A stretch of DNA of 64,000 nucleotides from Octopus vulgaris (Eukaryota), in NCBI GenBank assembly GCA_951406725.2, contig OX597838.1:16864001-16928000 (forward strand). The letters run 5' to 3'. Positions 1 through 12,424 of the stretch are shown here, one piece after another; position 1 is the first letter of the stretch, and every line of letters begins with the position of its first letter. The notes beneath the pieces are model-generated. The model had not been told where the DNA came from and ran no database searches. It saw only the letters and a program-made list of their open reading frames with translations. Position numbers and translations under genes: made by a program.

Positions 1-142
1 ATCAGAATACCTGAGAGGTGCAACATCATGTCCCTGGCCAACTACATATACTGTTAAAAAGAATAAGGCATGCCATACATAACTAAATGGAGGCTCCTAG
101 AACAACTGGGGCCATACCTCACCAGGAGTATATGATGTAAAT

Positions 143-555
143 GTGGTGAGCTGGCAGAAACGTTAGCATGCCGGGCGAAATGCGTAGCCGTATTTCGTCT
201 GCCGTTACATTCTGAGTTCAAATTCCGCCGAGGTCGACTTTGCCTTTCATCCTTTCAGGGTCGATAAATTAAGTACCAGTTACGCACTGGAGTCGATGTA
301 ATCGACTTAATACCTATGTCTGTCCTTGTTTGTCCCCTCTGTGTTTAGCCCCTTGTGGGTAATAAAGAAATAGGTATTTTGACTGCCGTTATGTTCTGAG
401 TTCAAATTCCGCCGAGGTCGACTTTGCCTTTCATCCTTTCAGGGTTGATAAGTTAAGTACCAGTTATGCACTGGGGTCGGTGTAATCGACTTAATCCATT
501 CGTCTGTCCTTGTTTGTCCCCTCTTTTAGCCCCTTGTGGGCAATAAAGAAATAAG
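143..555 (+). mobile_element. tRNA-derived SINE family C, internal dimer
   Basis: Head GGTGAGCTGGCAGAA...GAGTTCAAATTC; about 185-bp body present twice; TSD aggagtatatgatgtaa on both sides. Confidence 0.85.
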
Positions 556-1009
556 GAGTATATGATGTAAGCATTGCTTGGTCAAGAGAGCAAGAATCCT
601 GAAAAACTCACTTGAACCAGGGACTTTTTTAATTTCGAGGAAAGAAACATTTAGTCAATGCCTCCATCAAAGGCATTTCCTGTTACAAGCTTGGAATTCT
701 TCATTTGCATAATAGGAACGTGCCACCAGCTTCGAAAAGCATTATGGACATAACTGGAACTGATGTAAGGGGGATAACCCCACCCCACCTGAAAGCTTAC
801 TGGTAGGGCCCATTCCAGATATTTTTGATTTACAAAACTGACATGATGTTTTCCTCCCTCCAGTTGTAGAGAGGTTACGTGTCTCTGCCTATTTGAGTCC
901 GATAAGTCGCCTATACAGCTAAGTATTCTACAGGTGTGAAAGTAGTGGTCACTCTCTGACCAGCCATAACAAACAACCTTCTAAATATACGTATATATAC
1001 ATATATATT

Positions 1010-1260
1010 ATGGCTGCCCCCTCGTTATCGAGTATGGCCATTGCACGAAGCTTAACTGTTACTGGTGCTGTGATCGAATGTGACTTTTTAGCCCAGCTAA
1101 AGATCTACAATGTCTTGTACAAAATTGGCAACTAAAACCTTTACTGGTAATAGTCGGCTGTAGTTGTAACTGGGCTTCATGTACCTTTGCATGTCGTTTA
1201 AGTCCTCCTGCCGAATTACACTCTCTTCCCCATGCCCGACAGATATGATTAGTATGGTGT
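1010..1260 (-). mobile_element. 3' end of a LINE (RTE-like) ORF with two C2H2 zinc fingers, plus tail
   Basis: CRAWGRECNSAGGLKRHAKVH and CQFCTRHCRSLAGLKSHIRSQH, then a stop, a short 3' UTR and a microsatellite tail; no splice context. Confidence 0.55.
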
Positions 1261-1584
1261 GTTACACCACCACCAGTGGCCAGGTTGTCACTCATCTGTC
1301 TCATATATATACACACATGCATACATATTGCATAGGTGATGAGGTGATGAAACACAATAATCATATTATAGACATAACATTCAAAAAGAATCTGATAAAA
1401 TTACTATCAGTTAATTTTTTGGTACAACTTAAATACAGAGGTCCCGATGCATCTATGTAATCCTAACCTTAAAACCAACCCTACCCTAACGAGTGAGCAC
1501 TGTAGAAACATTGTTTGCATAGATGCATTGGGACCTCTGCATTTAAGTAGTGCCAATTTTTGGGGGTTTTTTTTTCCCCATGAC

Positions 1585-2340
1585 CTTCACAAGGTCTTCT
1601 TGAGATCAGCTATCTTGAGGGTGTCAAGGTTCTGTTTAAACTTTTTCAGGTTAACACCTGCAGCAAGAAAAACATCAGCAAGAAGATTCCAAAGGGCCAA
1701 TGTTTTGGGGGAGAAGGGATTAAGCATAGTGATCAGTGAGGGGATGAGTGCACCAAGGGTAACAAAAGGTGGAAAGCCGAGTGGGCTAGAGGTGCCTGAG
1801 TGGTGGAGGTATAAGACTAACCAGCTCTGAGATTATAGGAGCAATAGTTATAATTATAATTATAGTAGCAGAGAGAGAAGACAGCATGTGCTTGGGTTAC
1901 AAACTAGAGCGTATCTGTTAGTGACTGAATTACAATTAGCTGAGTGGCCCTTCTCTGGATGGAGTCCAAGATGTGTTTACTAGCAGCATTGTCCCAGATG
2001 TGGGACAGAAGAGTGTCAACAGCTGTTGGGAGTCTGAAATTTTCTGGATCTGAAGGACAAGTCTTTGGGGATGTAGTTCTAGTTGAGCTAAGGATGTGTT
2101 TCTACTCAGAGAGGTCCTTAAGTGCTAGTGAGGCCTTGAACTTGGAGCTTCAGTGAGGGTCTTAGCTGAGTGCAACACATGTTTAGCAGAGATGCAGTGT
2201 GGGTGACAGTGTCTGAGATTTTTTTTTTTTGCTGGTAAAAGTAGGTTGGCATGGTTCCATTGAATGATCCTAAAGGTCTTTGTTTATAGAATCAATGTAT
2301 AGTTGGTGTGAGGTGGCTAAGCTGCATGTGGGCTGTGTAT
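1585..2340 (-). mobile_element. Degenerate CR1/L2-like LINE fragment
   Basis: Purine-rich plus strand; fragmentary endonuclease-RT linker-like translation with stops on the minus strand. Confidence 0.4.
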
Positions 2341-4169
2341 GTTTGGGGGGAAATAAAGGAGTCAAATATATATTTTATACAATTACATATCTTATTTTCA
2401 AATAGCATAATCAAGCATATACATTTGAGCCATTATAGTTTGTTTCGTTGGAGATATTTATTTACATTTGAATTTGTTATAGAGTTGTAATTCTAGTCAG
2501 TATTTCCTTGGTGTTTGCGGCCGTAAAACGAACAATCACCTTGATAAGTCTAAACCAGTGACTTGGTAGAAGTTTTAGTAAGGCAAAACCTTTTCGACCG
2601 TTGAAAGAAATGGAATAATTTCTCGTATTTTACCATATTTAATCTAATCTAACCTTCATCGGTGAAAGAATACGGAATAATTTCTCTTACTTTAAAAGGA
2701 TTTATTATTTAACTTCCTTGGATACAAGGTTAATTTAGACAAAAATAAAACAATTTATTCATTTCACTGTTTGACAGTTAATAATAGAAATAAACGTAAT
2801 TCGTTTTTAAACGAAAACAGAAACAAAAAATAAAAATCTCTGGCGGGTGCCAAAAAAGTAAATTGCTGTAGAGATTGAACTGAGAAAACTCGTTTTCTGT
2901 TCTCTCTGTTGAAAGACATTGCATAATCAAATACTGTAGTAGTAGGTCCCATCGATTTAGTTCCATTGCAGAAATATATACGGACACTTGTTTCTTGATC
3001 GCAAGATCTTTCAAAAGAAATCATTCTTGGCTAAACAAAAACCAAACACCTGAGTTGTATATTTCTCAGACATGATGTCTCAAATAATACATTATCTAAT
3101 ATATTCCTACTATTTTTGAAGACTGGTAGATTTACTTCCTGTCGTCTTTTGTTTTTTTTAACCAAACAATAAAAAAAAATATTAACATATTCTTGTTGTT
3201 AAGAAGTTCATCGAGTCGGGATTACGTCTCTACCCACAAAAAGTCGATTGCACCCCACCAAATCTTCTCAGCAAAACAAACTAGCGGCAGTACAATCTAA
3301 ATAAAATTCTTTCGTAGCCATTCAATATTTGTTATTGTTTAACCACGGTCGAATGACCAAGATCCAGCCACGACCATCGTGTCTGTTTCATTGTTTTCAG
3401 GCATGGAATATTTTGGGCTACTGTGTCAAGTAGGGTGCTGTATTGAAGGAGATTTGACTGCTACTTCTAGCAGGTGGATCGACTGCGGGACTTTGAAGGG
3501 AAAAATATAGATTGAATTAAATGAATAAAGAAAATTTAGTGGAGATATAAAAGACATCAGATGTGCGAAAGGGCGATTGGGGTATATGAAGAGATAGCAT
3601 AAACAAAATACTGAATATAAAATCTTGGTTCAACTCTTTTACTTCCAAACTGACGAGGAAGTCTATAGGTAGACATATTTACCTGCTAGAAATAGTAACT
3701 AAATCTCTTTCAAATTATATCAAATCTTAAAAAAGGGAAGGACACACTGTAGTCCCACCCTACACTTAAAAAAAAAAGAATAATACTGGATGGTCATGCT
3801 GGAACACCTCCGATCGTAAATCTGCACTGCGATTGCTTAGCCTGAGGCTAAACGAAACTACTTCCTTCATACTTTGTAATTAACAAAAAAAAAATATAGA
3901 TGTTACGAAACTTTTCATAGATGAATCTGAACAATCCAAAACAAGAAGAGCCAGCAATCGTCGTCGACAAATGGTAAATAGAAAAGACAATCATACCTTG
4001 GCACACAAATGGATTCAACCAATATTAACAGCGGAATGAACGGCCGAACGACGAGAAATCTGTTATAATTTGTTGACTCGCCTTTTATTTCAATTTATCT
4101 CTTACTCTATTTTTCTGTCTTACTCCCTCTTATCTTTCTGTTTATCTAAACATTCTCATTTTAATCCCG

Positions 4170-4460
4170 CTATTCATTTCATTTCTCCCCTTCTCTCTTT
4201 CTATTCCTCTCATTTCTCTTTCTATTCCTCTAATTTCTCTCTACTTCTCTTTCTATTCCTCTCATTTCTCTTTCTATTCCTCTCATTTCTCTTTCTATTC
4301 CTCTAATTTCTCTCCAATTCTCTTTCTATTCCTCTCTACTTCTCTTTCTCTCATTCCTCTCTACTTCTCTTTCTCTCATTTCTCTCTATTTCTCTTTCTC
4401 TCATTTCTCTCCAATTCTCTTTCTATTCCTCTCATTTCTCTCTACTTCTCTTTCTATTTT
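4170..4460. repeat. CT-rich micro/minisatellite (tttctattcctctca-like units)
   Basis: Directly visible tandem pyrimidine repeats. Confidence 0.9.
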
Positions 4461-5681
4461 ACACACTTGTCTTCATTTCTTTTCCCCTTTTGTTCAAAAG
4501 CCAGTTCCCAGCCTATTTACTACTTTTTAGCTTATTATAGTTAATAAAGAAAACATCATTATTATCATTATCATCATTATCATTATTATTATTATTATTA
4601 TTGTAAGCGGTAGTATTTCAACTCTGATAGCGGGATACACCTTCTATACGAAGTTTCTGTACTGAATAGCAGTGTCGTCATGTGCCTCTAATTATGCTCT
4701 GCTCTGCTTAACTGTTCCCGACAAAATTTTACAAGTCCTTTATAATGTATTCCTGATATGAAAGAACTGGGAAGTCGGACTAAAATGTCGAACTATAAAA
4801 GCATTTAGTTCGGTCCTCTGCGATCCGAGTTCGAATCCCGACATCGTCGGTTTATTTTTGTCTTTAATTTTACCTCTCATTCGAGTTCTTGTTGTTGATT
4901 CGTTTGTTATTTTTTTTCCTTTTCTTCTCTTTTTTAATTTTTTGTTTTACTAACTTTGTCGGTATTACTTAAGAAGAGTGGTCTCGGTGCGCGCACACGC
5001 GTACACGCACTAGCTAGTCGTGACTAGTCGATCCTTACACTGTGTTTTTGTATTTTATTTACTTTGTTTAAAAAAATTATTTACTTTGTGCTTTTGTGTT
5101 TTATTTACTTTGTTTTAAAAAAATTATTTACTTTGTGTAAAAAAAATGATTTATTTTGTGTTTTATTTACTTTGCTAGGTAGTAGTTCTAGGATCGACTA
5201 GTCATGACTTGCTAGCACGGGACCACTGTACCAACTTTGACGGTGGGAATTGGCCGGTTTCACCACTCCTTTCAGAGCTCGTGTTTCCAGTGGAAGGAAG
5301 TTGTTCTCAAATATTTGCGACAACTTATATCCCGTTACAGGTACCAACGGGACAGATAGTCGGATGTTCACCCTAGACGATAAATCAAGTCGCCTACAAC
5401 TCTCCAAATTAGTGATCTTTGAAAGATTGTAAATAAAAGATAAAAGAAATCTTGTTTTAAAGTGTTGCTTTAATCATATTAGAGAAGTACGAAGTTAAGT
5501 TGTCCTGTAATATTTACTTAGCAACTAAATTAGGTTATCTTGTATAATAAGCAGTTTCACCTAATAGTTAGCTAACCAAATATATTTTCTTCTGCCATTC
5601 AGGAAATCTTAGTTCAGTAAATAGGGATAAACAAAAGATAAAAAAAATTTCAATGTGAATAAAAAAATTAAATTACTTTTT

Positions 5682-6225
5682 AAACCCTTTTGTTACTGTA
5701 TTTATTTTGAGATGCTCTGTGTTTCTTTCAATTACTTTAAATATAACAAAGAATTTAGCAAAATAACTTAGTTATCATTAAGCTAGCGCTGGAACATAAA
5801 TTGTGACAAAGGTTTGGTGGAAGATTTTAATTCAAAACTTCTGAAAATAAGATATTTGTACTCAGAGCCAGAGGCGGTTTCATCCGGGTTGGTAATAAAA
5901 GGGTCAAGGAATTTAGTAAAATAACTTAGTTATCATTCAGCTAGTGTTAGGAACATAAATTGTGACAAAGGTTTGGTGGAAGATTTTAATTCAAAACTTC
6001 TGAAAATAAGATATTTGTACTCAAAGCCAGAGGCAGTTTCATCCAGGCTGGTAACGAAAGGGTTAAGGAATTTAGTAAAATAACTTAGTTATCATTCAGC
6101 TAGTGTTAGGAACATAAATTGTGACAAAGGTTTGGTGGAAGATTTAAATTCAAAACTTCTGAAAATAAGATATTTGTAGTCAGAGCCAGAGGCAGTTTCA
6201 GCTGGGTTGGTAATGAAAGGGTTAA
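5682..6225. mobile_element. piggyBac-type MITE with three tandem about 159-bp internal units
   Basis: taaaCCCTTT...AAAGGGttaa termini; same family at 31524-32478 and 50124-50352. Confidence 0.75.
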
Positions 6226-6501
6226 AGAAAAAATGACCTTGTTTATAAGCTACTGGAAATATTAGTTTCATAATTAATAGTAAAAATAACTGATCAGATT
6301 TCAAATCTAAATTTTGATTTAGGCCAAGACATCCCTAATTAATTAAAATATCTTTCTCCATAATCCATTCCTATTCAAAAGTAAAAGAAGGCTGACTTAC
6401 AGTCAACAGGGGCAAAAAAAAAAAAAGAAATGTTAAAATGATGATAGCGATGGTGATTCAGTCTGGTGTTTTAGCATTCTACTACACTTGATGTTCTTAT
6501 T

Positions 6502-6868
6502 GTGGAGGCGTAATGGCCCATTGGTTAGGGCAGCGGACTCGCGGTTTCGATTCCCAGACTGGGCATTGTGAGTGTTTATTGAGCGAAAACACCTAAAGCT
6601 TCACAAGGCTCCTGCAGGGGGTGGTGGTGAACCCTGCTGTACTCTTTCACCACAACTTTCTCTCACTCTTTCTTCTTGTTTCTGTTGTACCTGTATTTCA
6701 AAGGGCCAGCCTTGTCACACTTTGTGTCACGCTAAATATCCCCGAGAACTACGTTAAGGGTACTCGTGTCTGTGGAGTGCTCAGCCACTTGCACGTTAAT
6801 TCCACGAGCAAGCTGTTCCGTTGATCGTATCAGCTGGGACCCTCATCGTCGTAACCGACGGAGTGCTC
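6502..6868 (+). mobile_element. tRNA-derived SINE family B
   Basis: A box TGGCCCATTGG and B box GGTTTCGATTCC; 22-bp TSD ctactacacttgatgttcttat at 6479-6500 and 6869-6890. Confidence 0.9.
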
Positions 6869-7234
6869 CTACTACACTTGATGTTCTTATAATTTTCTAA
6901 ATATTTACACCTTTTCAGCTGTGCTAGCTATCTAACAAACTTTCTACCATAGTTGTTAATCTCTTCAAATCTTTTAAAGTCATTGCTTAATTCTGGGTGG
7001 TTGGTAACGGAGGAGAAAAACTTGGTTCAGAAAAAAAAAAAAAAAAAATTACACATTTCACTCAACACCATCTCCCCACCCTTCGATTCCTTCCCCCTTC
7101 AACTAATTACATGGAAGTGTTACGGACAGGCTAAGTAACGGACTGACAAGCAGATTTATTATAAGATGCTAAAGGGTTAAAGTCTTCTTCTCTCTCTGCC
7201 ATGTGCCCCTGCATCCTCTATTGTTCCCTGAATT

Positions 7235-7540
7235 CCTCAAACCAACTCTTTAACCGACTTTTTCTGCACTGAGAATATCTCACTGCTGAGATCATTATGC
7301 TTGGTAATTTCAACACTCACAGCCCCTGTGGGTCCCATATCCCACACCAATGCTGCCAGTGAAGAAGCAGAATCCTTTACTATTCTCAACCTTTGCCATA
7401 AATTGGCTTCATCTCTTAAGCTCTGAACTACCACCCTTGATCTCTTAACCTCTACCACATCATGTCTGTCACTGCACCTATTGGATCTCTGGGCCATCCC
7501 TCATTGCAACTCTCCAGCATATGCATATTACACCCACTTT
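7235..7540 (+). mobile_element. Degenerate LINE AP-endonuclease fragment
   Basis: IIMLGNFNTH (GDFN motif) and a downstream LDL-like motif. Confidence 0.45.
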
Positions 7541-7972
7541 TCCCAGACTGAATGGTACTTCAAGTCAACCAGCTGATTGAAGCTTAGTATGGCACCTCAG
7601 GCAAGTGTCTTCTAATATAGCCCGGGGCTGACCTAAGCTTTGTGAATCGGCTTTTGGTTGATGAGAATCGGTGGTGGTATCTTTCGTTTTAGTTCTATTA
7701 AAGATATTTGAAGTTGTCAGCACTGCTGCTTGTTTGTGCTGCTTTTGTATATTAATAGGTTGACAATGTGATATAATTATTAAAAATAAAAAAAAAAACA
7801 AAACAAAAAAAAACGTCATGTGATTCAGTGTTTTATAAATAATTTATTCATGAGATCATAGTAATTTAATGAGAGAAACAATTACTTATTGTTGTTGCGA
7901 TTGTCCCAATATCCATTATCTTCCTCTCCACCACCCTCCTATTTTAATGACTTCAATAAATATTATTAATGT

Positions 7973-8430
7973 AGGTGCAGGAGTGGCTGTGTGGTAAGTA
8001 GCTTGTTTACCAACCACATGGTTCCAGGTTCAGTCCCACTAGGAGTGGCTGTGTGGTAAGTAGCTGGTTTACCAACCACATGGTTCCACATGGTTCAGTC
8101 CCACTGCATGGCACCTTGGGCAAGTGTCTTCTACTATAGCCTCGGGCCGACCAAAGCCCTGTGAGTGGATTTGGTAGACGGAAACTGAAAGAAGCCCATC
8201 GTATATATGTATATATATATATGCGTGTGTGTGTTTGTTCCCCTAGCATTGCTTGACAACCGATGCTGGTGTGTTTATGTCCCCATTACTTAGCGGTTTG
8301 GCAAAAGAGACCGATAGAATAAGTACTGGGCTTACAAAAGAATAAGTCCTGGGGTCGGGTTGCTCGATTAAAGGCGGTGCTCCAGCATGGCCGCAGTCAA
8401 ATAACTTAAACAAGTAAAAGAGTAAAGAGT
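7973..8430 (+). mobile_element. tRNA-derived SINE family A with duplicated head
   Basis: AGG(C/T)GCAGGAGTGGCTGTGTGG...GGTTCAGTCCC head twice; CCTTGGGCAAGT core; (TAAAGAG)n tail. Confidence 0.9.
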
Positions 8431-9569
8431 ATTATCTAAATAAAATAGAAAAGACAGCAAAGACTATAAAGAGAATATGGATATGTTTAGAATAATTGCA
8501 ATTGGATTAAAATCAAACTTAGTAAATTCCCTAAAAACATTCAAGCAACTATTATTATTTTTTGTGGGGTTATTTCTAATTCCTTCTGCTAAAGGCACAA
8601 GGCCCCAAATTCTTTTTGCGGAAGGGGCTAGTTGATTATATCAACCCCAGTGTTCAACTGGTAGTTATTTTGTCAACCCAAACGGACGAAAGGTTAAAGT
8701 TGACCTTGGTGGAATTTGAATAAAGAATGTAAAGATGGAGGGAATGCTACTAAGGATTTAGCCTAGTGTACAAAATTTCTAATAAGTTGTGTTAATTCAG
8801 TTAAGTTAATTTTTTTTCTAAATAATCAAAAATTTAAACGTATATTTGCCATTTAAATATGGCTAACCCCTAAGGGTGGATGCTACTGTAGTTTGTAGCC
8901 CCAGGAGGACACCTCCTCCAGCTGGCTATAGAGCCTGGGGCTACAAACTACAGTAGCATCCACCCTTAGGGGTTAGCTATATTTAAATGGCAAATATACG
9001 TCACGATGTGTTGCAGCTACTGTTTATAACTTGCTCTAAGATTTATCATTACAAAAATTTAAAGCGCTTTAGAAAATTAACTTTTTTCTTGGTTAAAGTG
9101 AATAATAGATATCTGGTTGGGCTGCTTTGCCATTCACCAAATTAAAACCAAGTCACCATCTAAAGTTCTCAATGAATCATGTTTCTATACATAAAGTCAT
9201 TACAGGGATTAATTGCCAAGAGTACTGGGCTGTGTGCCAGGTGTGTCTCTCTACATATATCTGGCTAAAGGTGTGAATGTATGTTAGCTAGAATGAGGTA
9301 GCTAATTCTATGTTCATTATAGGCAAAGTGATTCTTCTTAACCCAAGGTTGAGTAGCCAACCAAGGATCTTATTCACCTGTCTTTTCAGGAACTGCTGCT
9401 CCTATAAGATCACCATTTTAACACTGTTGTTGAGATCTAAAGTGAATTGAAGAAGGTCCTCGACTTGCTTATGGAAAACTACTTCCAAGCCAGATTCCAA
9501 AAGTGGCAGGAATGCTAGGACTGGTGTATTGTATCCCAATTTTTGAAAGAGATGTTAAAACTTAGTTAG

Positions 9570-9845
9570 TACCGCTGGACTGGCTCCTGTGCGGGTGGTA
9601 CATAAAAAACACCATTTGAGCATGGCTGTTGCCAGTACTGCCTGCCTGACTGGCCCTCGCGCCAGTGGCACGTAAAAGCACCCACTACACTCTCGGAGTG
9701 GTTGGCGTTAGGAAGGGCATCAAGCTGTAGAAACTCTGCCTGATCAGATTGGAGCCTGGTGCAGCCATCTGGTTTGCCAGTCCTTAGTCAAATCATCCAA
9801 CCCATGCTAGCATGGAAAGCAGACGTTAAACGACGACGACGATGA
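9570..9845 (+). mobile_element. Retroposon 3' end, family D, with (GAT/GAC)n tail
   Basis: Near-identical to 11240-11430, 19780-19985, 29670-29878 and 55905-56053 (minus). Confidence 0.8.
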
Positions 9846-10324
9846 AGTATTGGAACACCATTGTAGTATGTGTGCAAGTGAAATTGACTGCAAATGAATC
9901 TGCAGAAAAATAAATGGATCAAGTGCATGTGTGTGGGAATGTCTGCAAGTGGTGCCTGCAGAAAATAAAACGCATTAATTTTAGACATGTCTGCTGCAAG
10001 GATATAGATTTGCTGGCATGAGAATAAATGAAGCTTGCAGCTGCATACATAATTATTCTCTATAGCAAAACCAAGTCACCTATTAAAGTTTTCAACAAAT
10101 TTATTTACATAAAAGACATTACAGAGATTCATTTCTGAAAGTATTGAGTTGTATGCCTGGAATGTCTGTTTATATGTATATGGCTAGAGGTGTAAATGAA
10201 ATACCTATATTTTTCATGTTTTTGGTGTGAGGCAATAAAGTTTGGTGTTCATTGTAGACAAAGTGATTCGTTTTGTATCATGGTCAAGTGTCCAACCCAT
10301 CTTCTCAGGAATCTCTGTAAACTT

Positions 10325-10543
10325 CTTATTTCTTTATTGCCCACAAGGGGCGAAACATAGAGGGAACAAACAAGGAGAGACAAAGGGATTAAGTCGATTA
10401 CATCGACCCCAGTGTGTAACTGGTACTTAATTTATCGACCCTGAAAGGATGAAAGGAAAAGTCGACCTCAGAACGTAAAGACAGACAAAATACTGCTGAG
10501 TATTTCGCCCAGCATGCTAATGATTCTGCCAGCTTGCCACCTT
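10325..10543 (-). mobile_element. SINE family C
   Basis: Reverse complement of the 143-372 unit, with an internal deletion. Confidence 0.8.
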
Positions 10544-10979
10544 AAATCTCTGTAAACTGCCCTTATGTGTTGCATGCATCTCATTTATAGCCACGGTTTT
10601 GGTGGGAATTCTTGAAAATTTCCATATAACTGAATAAATACAGAGAAATTTTGTTGGCTAAAAATTAGGCCAAGATTACCTAATATGGCCATTGTTTGTT
10701 ACAGAGTTGATTGCAGAAATAAGTTTAAATTTAAACACTTTAAAACAGATGATTTTTCTGACATTGAACCTATAACATATTCTAGCACACATCTTCACTT
10801 CTTTCATAAATGACACCAATTTTAGCTTTAATATTGGGGATCACTTAAATAGGCTATATATCTGGAAGTTGGAATAGAATTTTAAAATCAAGCATGTTGC
10901 CAATTGGTTGTCTTCCTACATATTTGTATATCTAGGATCACATTCATTGTCTTTTTTTTAATTTTTGTTGAGATATTAA

Positions 10980-11430
10980 GTGTGATCGTTGACAGAGCGG
11001 CTAACTGGCTTCTGTGCCAGTGGCACATAAAAGGGTACCATTCGAGTTTGATCGTTACCAGCGTCATCTTACTGGCACTTGAGCCCCGTGCTAGTAGGGT
11101 ATTAAGAGCACCATCCGAGTGTGATTGTTGCCAAAGCGGCTAACTGGCTTCCATGCCAGTGGCACCGTTCGACTGTGATTGTTACCAGCATTGCCTTACT
11201 GGCACGTGTCAAAAGATTTGTGCGAGGTCATTGCCAGTACCGCCTGACTGGCCCCCGTGCCAGTGGCACGTAAAAGCACCCACTACATTCTCAGAGTGGC
11301 CGGCGTTAGGAAGAGCATCCAGCTGTAGAAACTCTGCCAGATCAAGATTCGAGTCTGGTTTGCCAGCCCTCAGTCAAATCATCCAACCCATGCTAGCATG
11401 GAAAGCGGACGTTAAACGATGATGATGAAG
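10980..11430 (+). mobile_element. Retroposon family D with internal tandem repeats
   Basis: Repeated gcggctaactggctt..tgccagtggcac modules followed by the family D 3' end and (GAT)n. Confidence 0.75.
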
Positions 11431-11917
11431 ATGTGATCTGAGGGAGATTTGGCTGCTCTCTTGTAAGATTAATCATGTTTTGTCATTGTTTAGCCTATGC
11501 CAGCAGAAATATGGTCATTAACATTCCAGTCATAACCATTTCATAATTTTTTCAGGCATAGTGTATTTAGTGTTATATTTTCTAATGTGTCCTTTCTTTT
11601 TCAAAATGATGAAATGTAATTCGAGGGAAATATATTGGCTATTTCTAGCACACTACAATCCCAAGATAATTGTATGAGATTTTTACCTATTCTTTTTCAG
11701 CATAATCAGTAGAGCCGTTTCTCTGATGGTAGCAGAGTGCTGTCCTGTTTTCCACGAAACAGAACATTGTCTTTCCTATGAGGCCTCTCCATTCAATATT
11801 CTCAAATTGTCCAGAAGAAAATACTAGTTTACATCTCTTGATGTGAAGCCATGAAATCAAAAATTGAAAATATTTTGAAAAAAAAAAAAAAAAAAAAAAA
11901 TCATGTATACAATAAAT

Positions 11918-12136
11918 TTAACCCTTTAGTGTTTAAACCGGCCCAATATATTCTACATATTTTATATTCAAACTTGCCATATCTAGCCCCTCACACCTAA
12001 CCTACATTGACATTCTAAAAATAAACAATCACATCATTGAAACCTCAAAGCTATAACATAATGCATGATTAATTCAAAATAATTTAAATAAAAAAGTATT
12101 ACATTTAACAGAGTATTCTGAACACTAAGGGGTTAA
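11918..12136. mobile_element. piggyBac-type MITE, second family
   Basis: TTAA CCCTTTAGTGTT ... AACACTAAGGGG TTAA; relatives at 20383-20571, 33263-33908 and 51549-51775. Confidence 0.7.
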
Positions 12137-12424
12137 ATATTGGATGAATTAGAAAACATTATATGTTATTACTATGTTGGTAATGCTTTAACAAATCCTT
12201 GTTTTACAATGGCTGAACTTGAAGTACAGTAGCTACCCCACTGCGCTGTGGATTCTCTATACAAATCAGTTTATATTATATTGATTTAATTTTCTTCCTT
12301 CCATAATTAAAAGAGACTAATACACTTTTCTACTCTAGGCACAAGGCCCAAAATTTTAGGGGAGGGGCCAGTCGATTAGATTGACCCCAGTACGCAACTG
12401 GTACTTAATTTATTGACCCCCCCC

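Noticed and set aside
1059-1364. C2H2 zinc-finger ORF as a host gene (octopus has a C2H2 expansion)
   Set aside because: No TGEKP linkers, the first finger is damaged, the 5' part runs into microsatellite and a retroposon-like tail follows; better explained as a LINE 3' end.
2764-3024. 86-aa minus-strand ORF
   Set aside because: No recognisable domain or splice support.
3650-3680. CTGACGA hammerhead-like core
   Set aside because: No downstream GAAA or compatible stems.
6502-6570. tRNA genes at SINE heads (also 27670, 45778, 60082, 60740)
   Set aside because: A and B boxes are present but there is no complete cloverleaf, and each continues into a shared SINE body with TSDs.
8007-8249. Recurrent ORFs such as [13 protein letters not shown]... 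and [11 protein letters not shown]...
   Set aside because: Translations of SINE families A and B, not genes.
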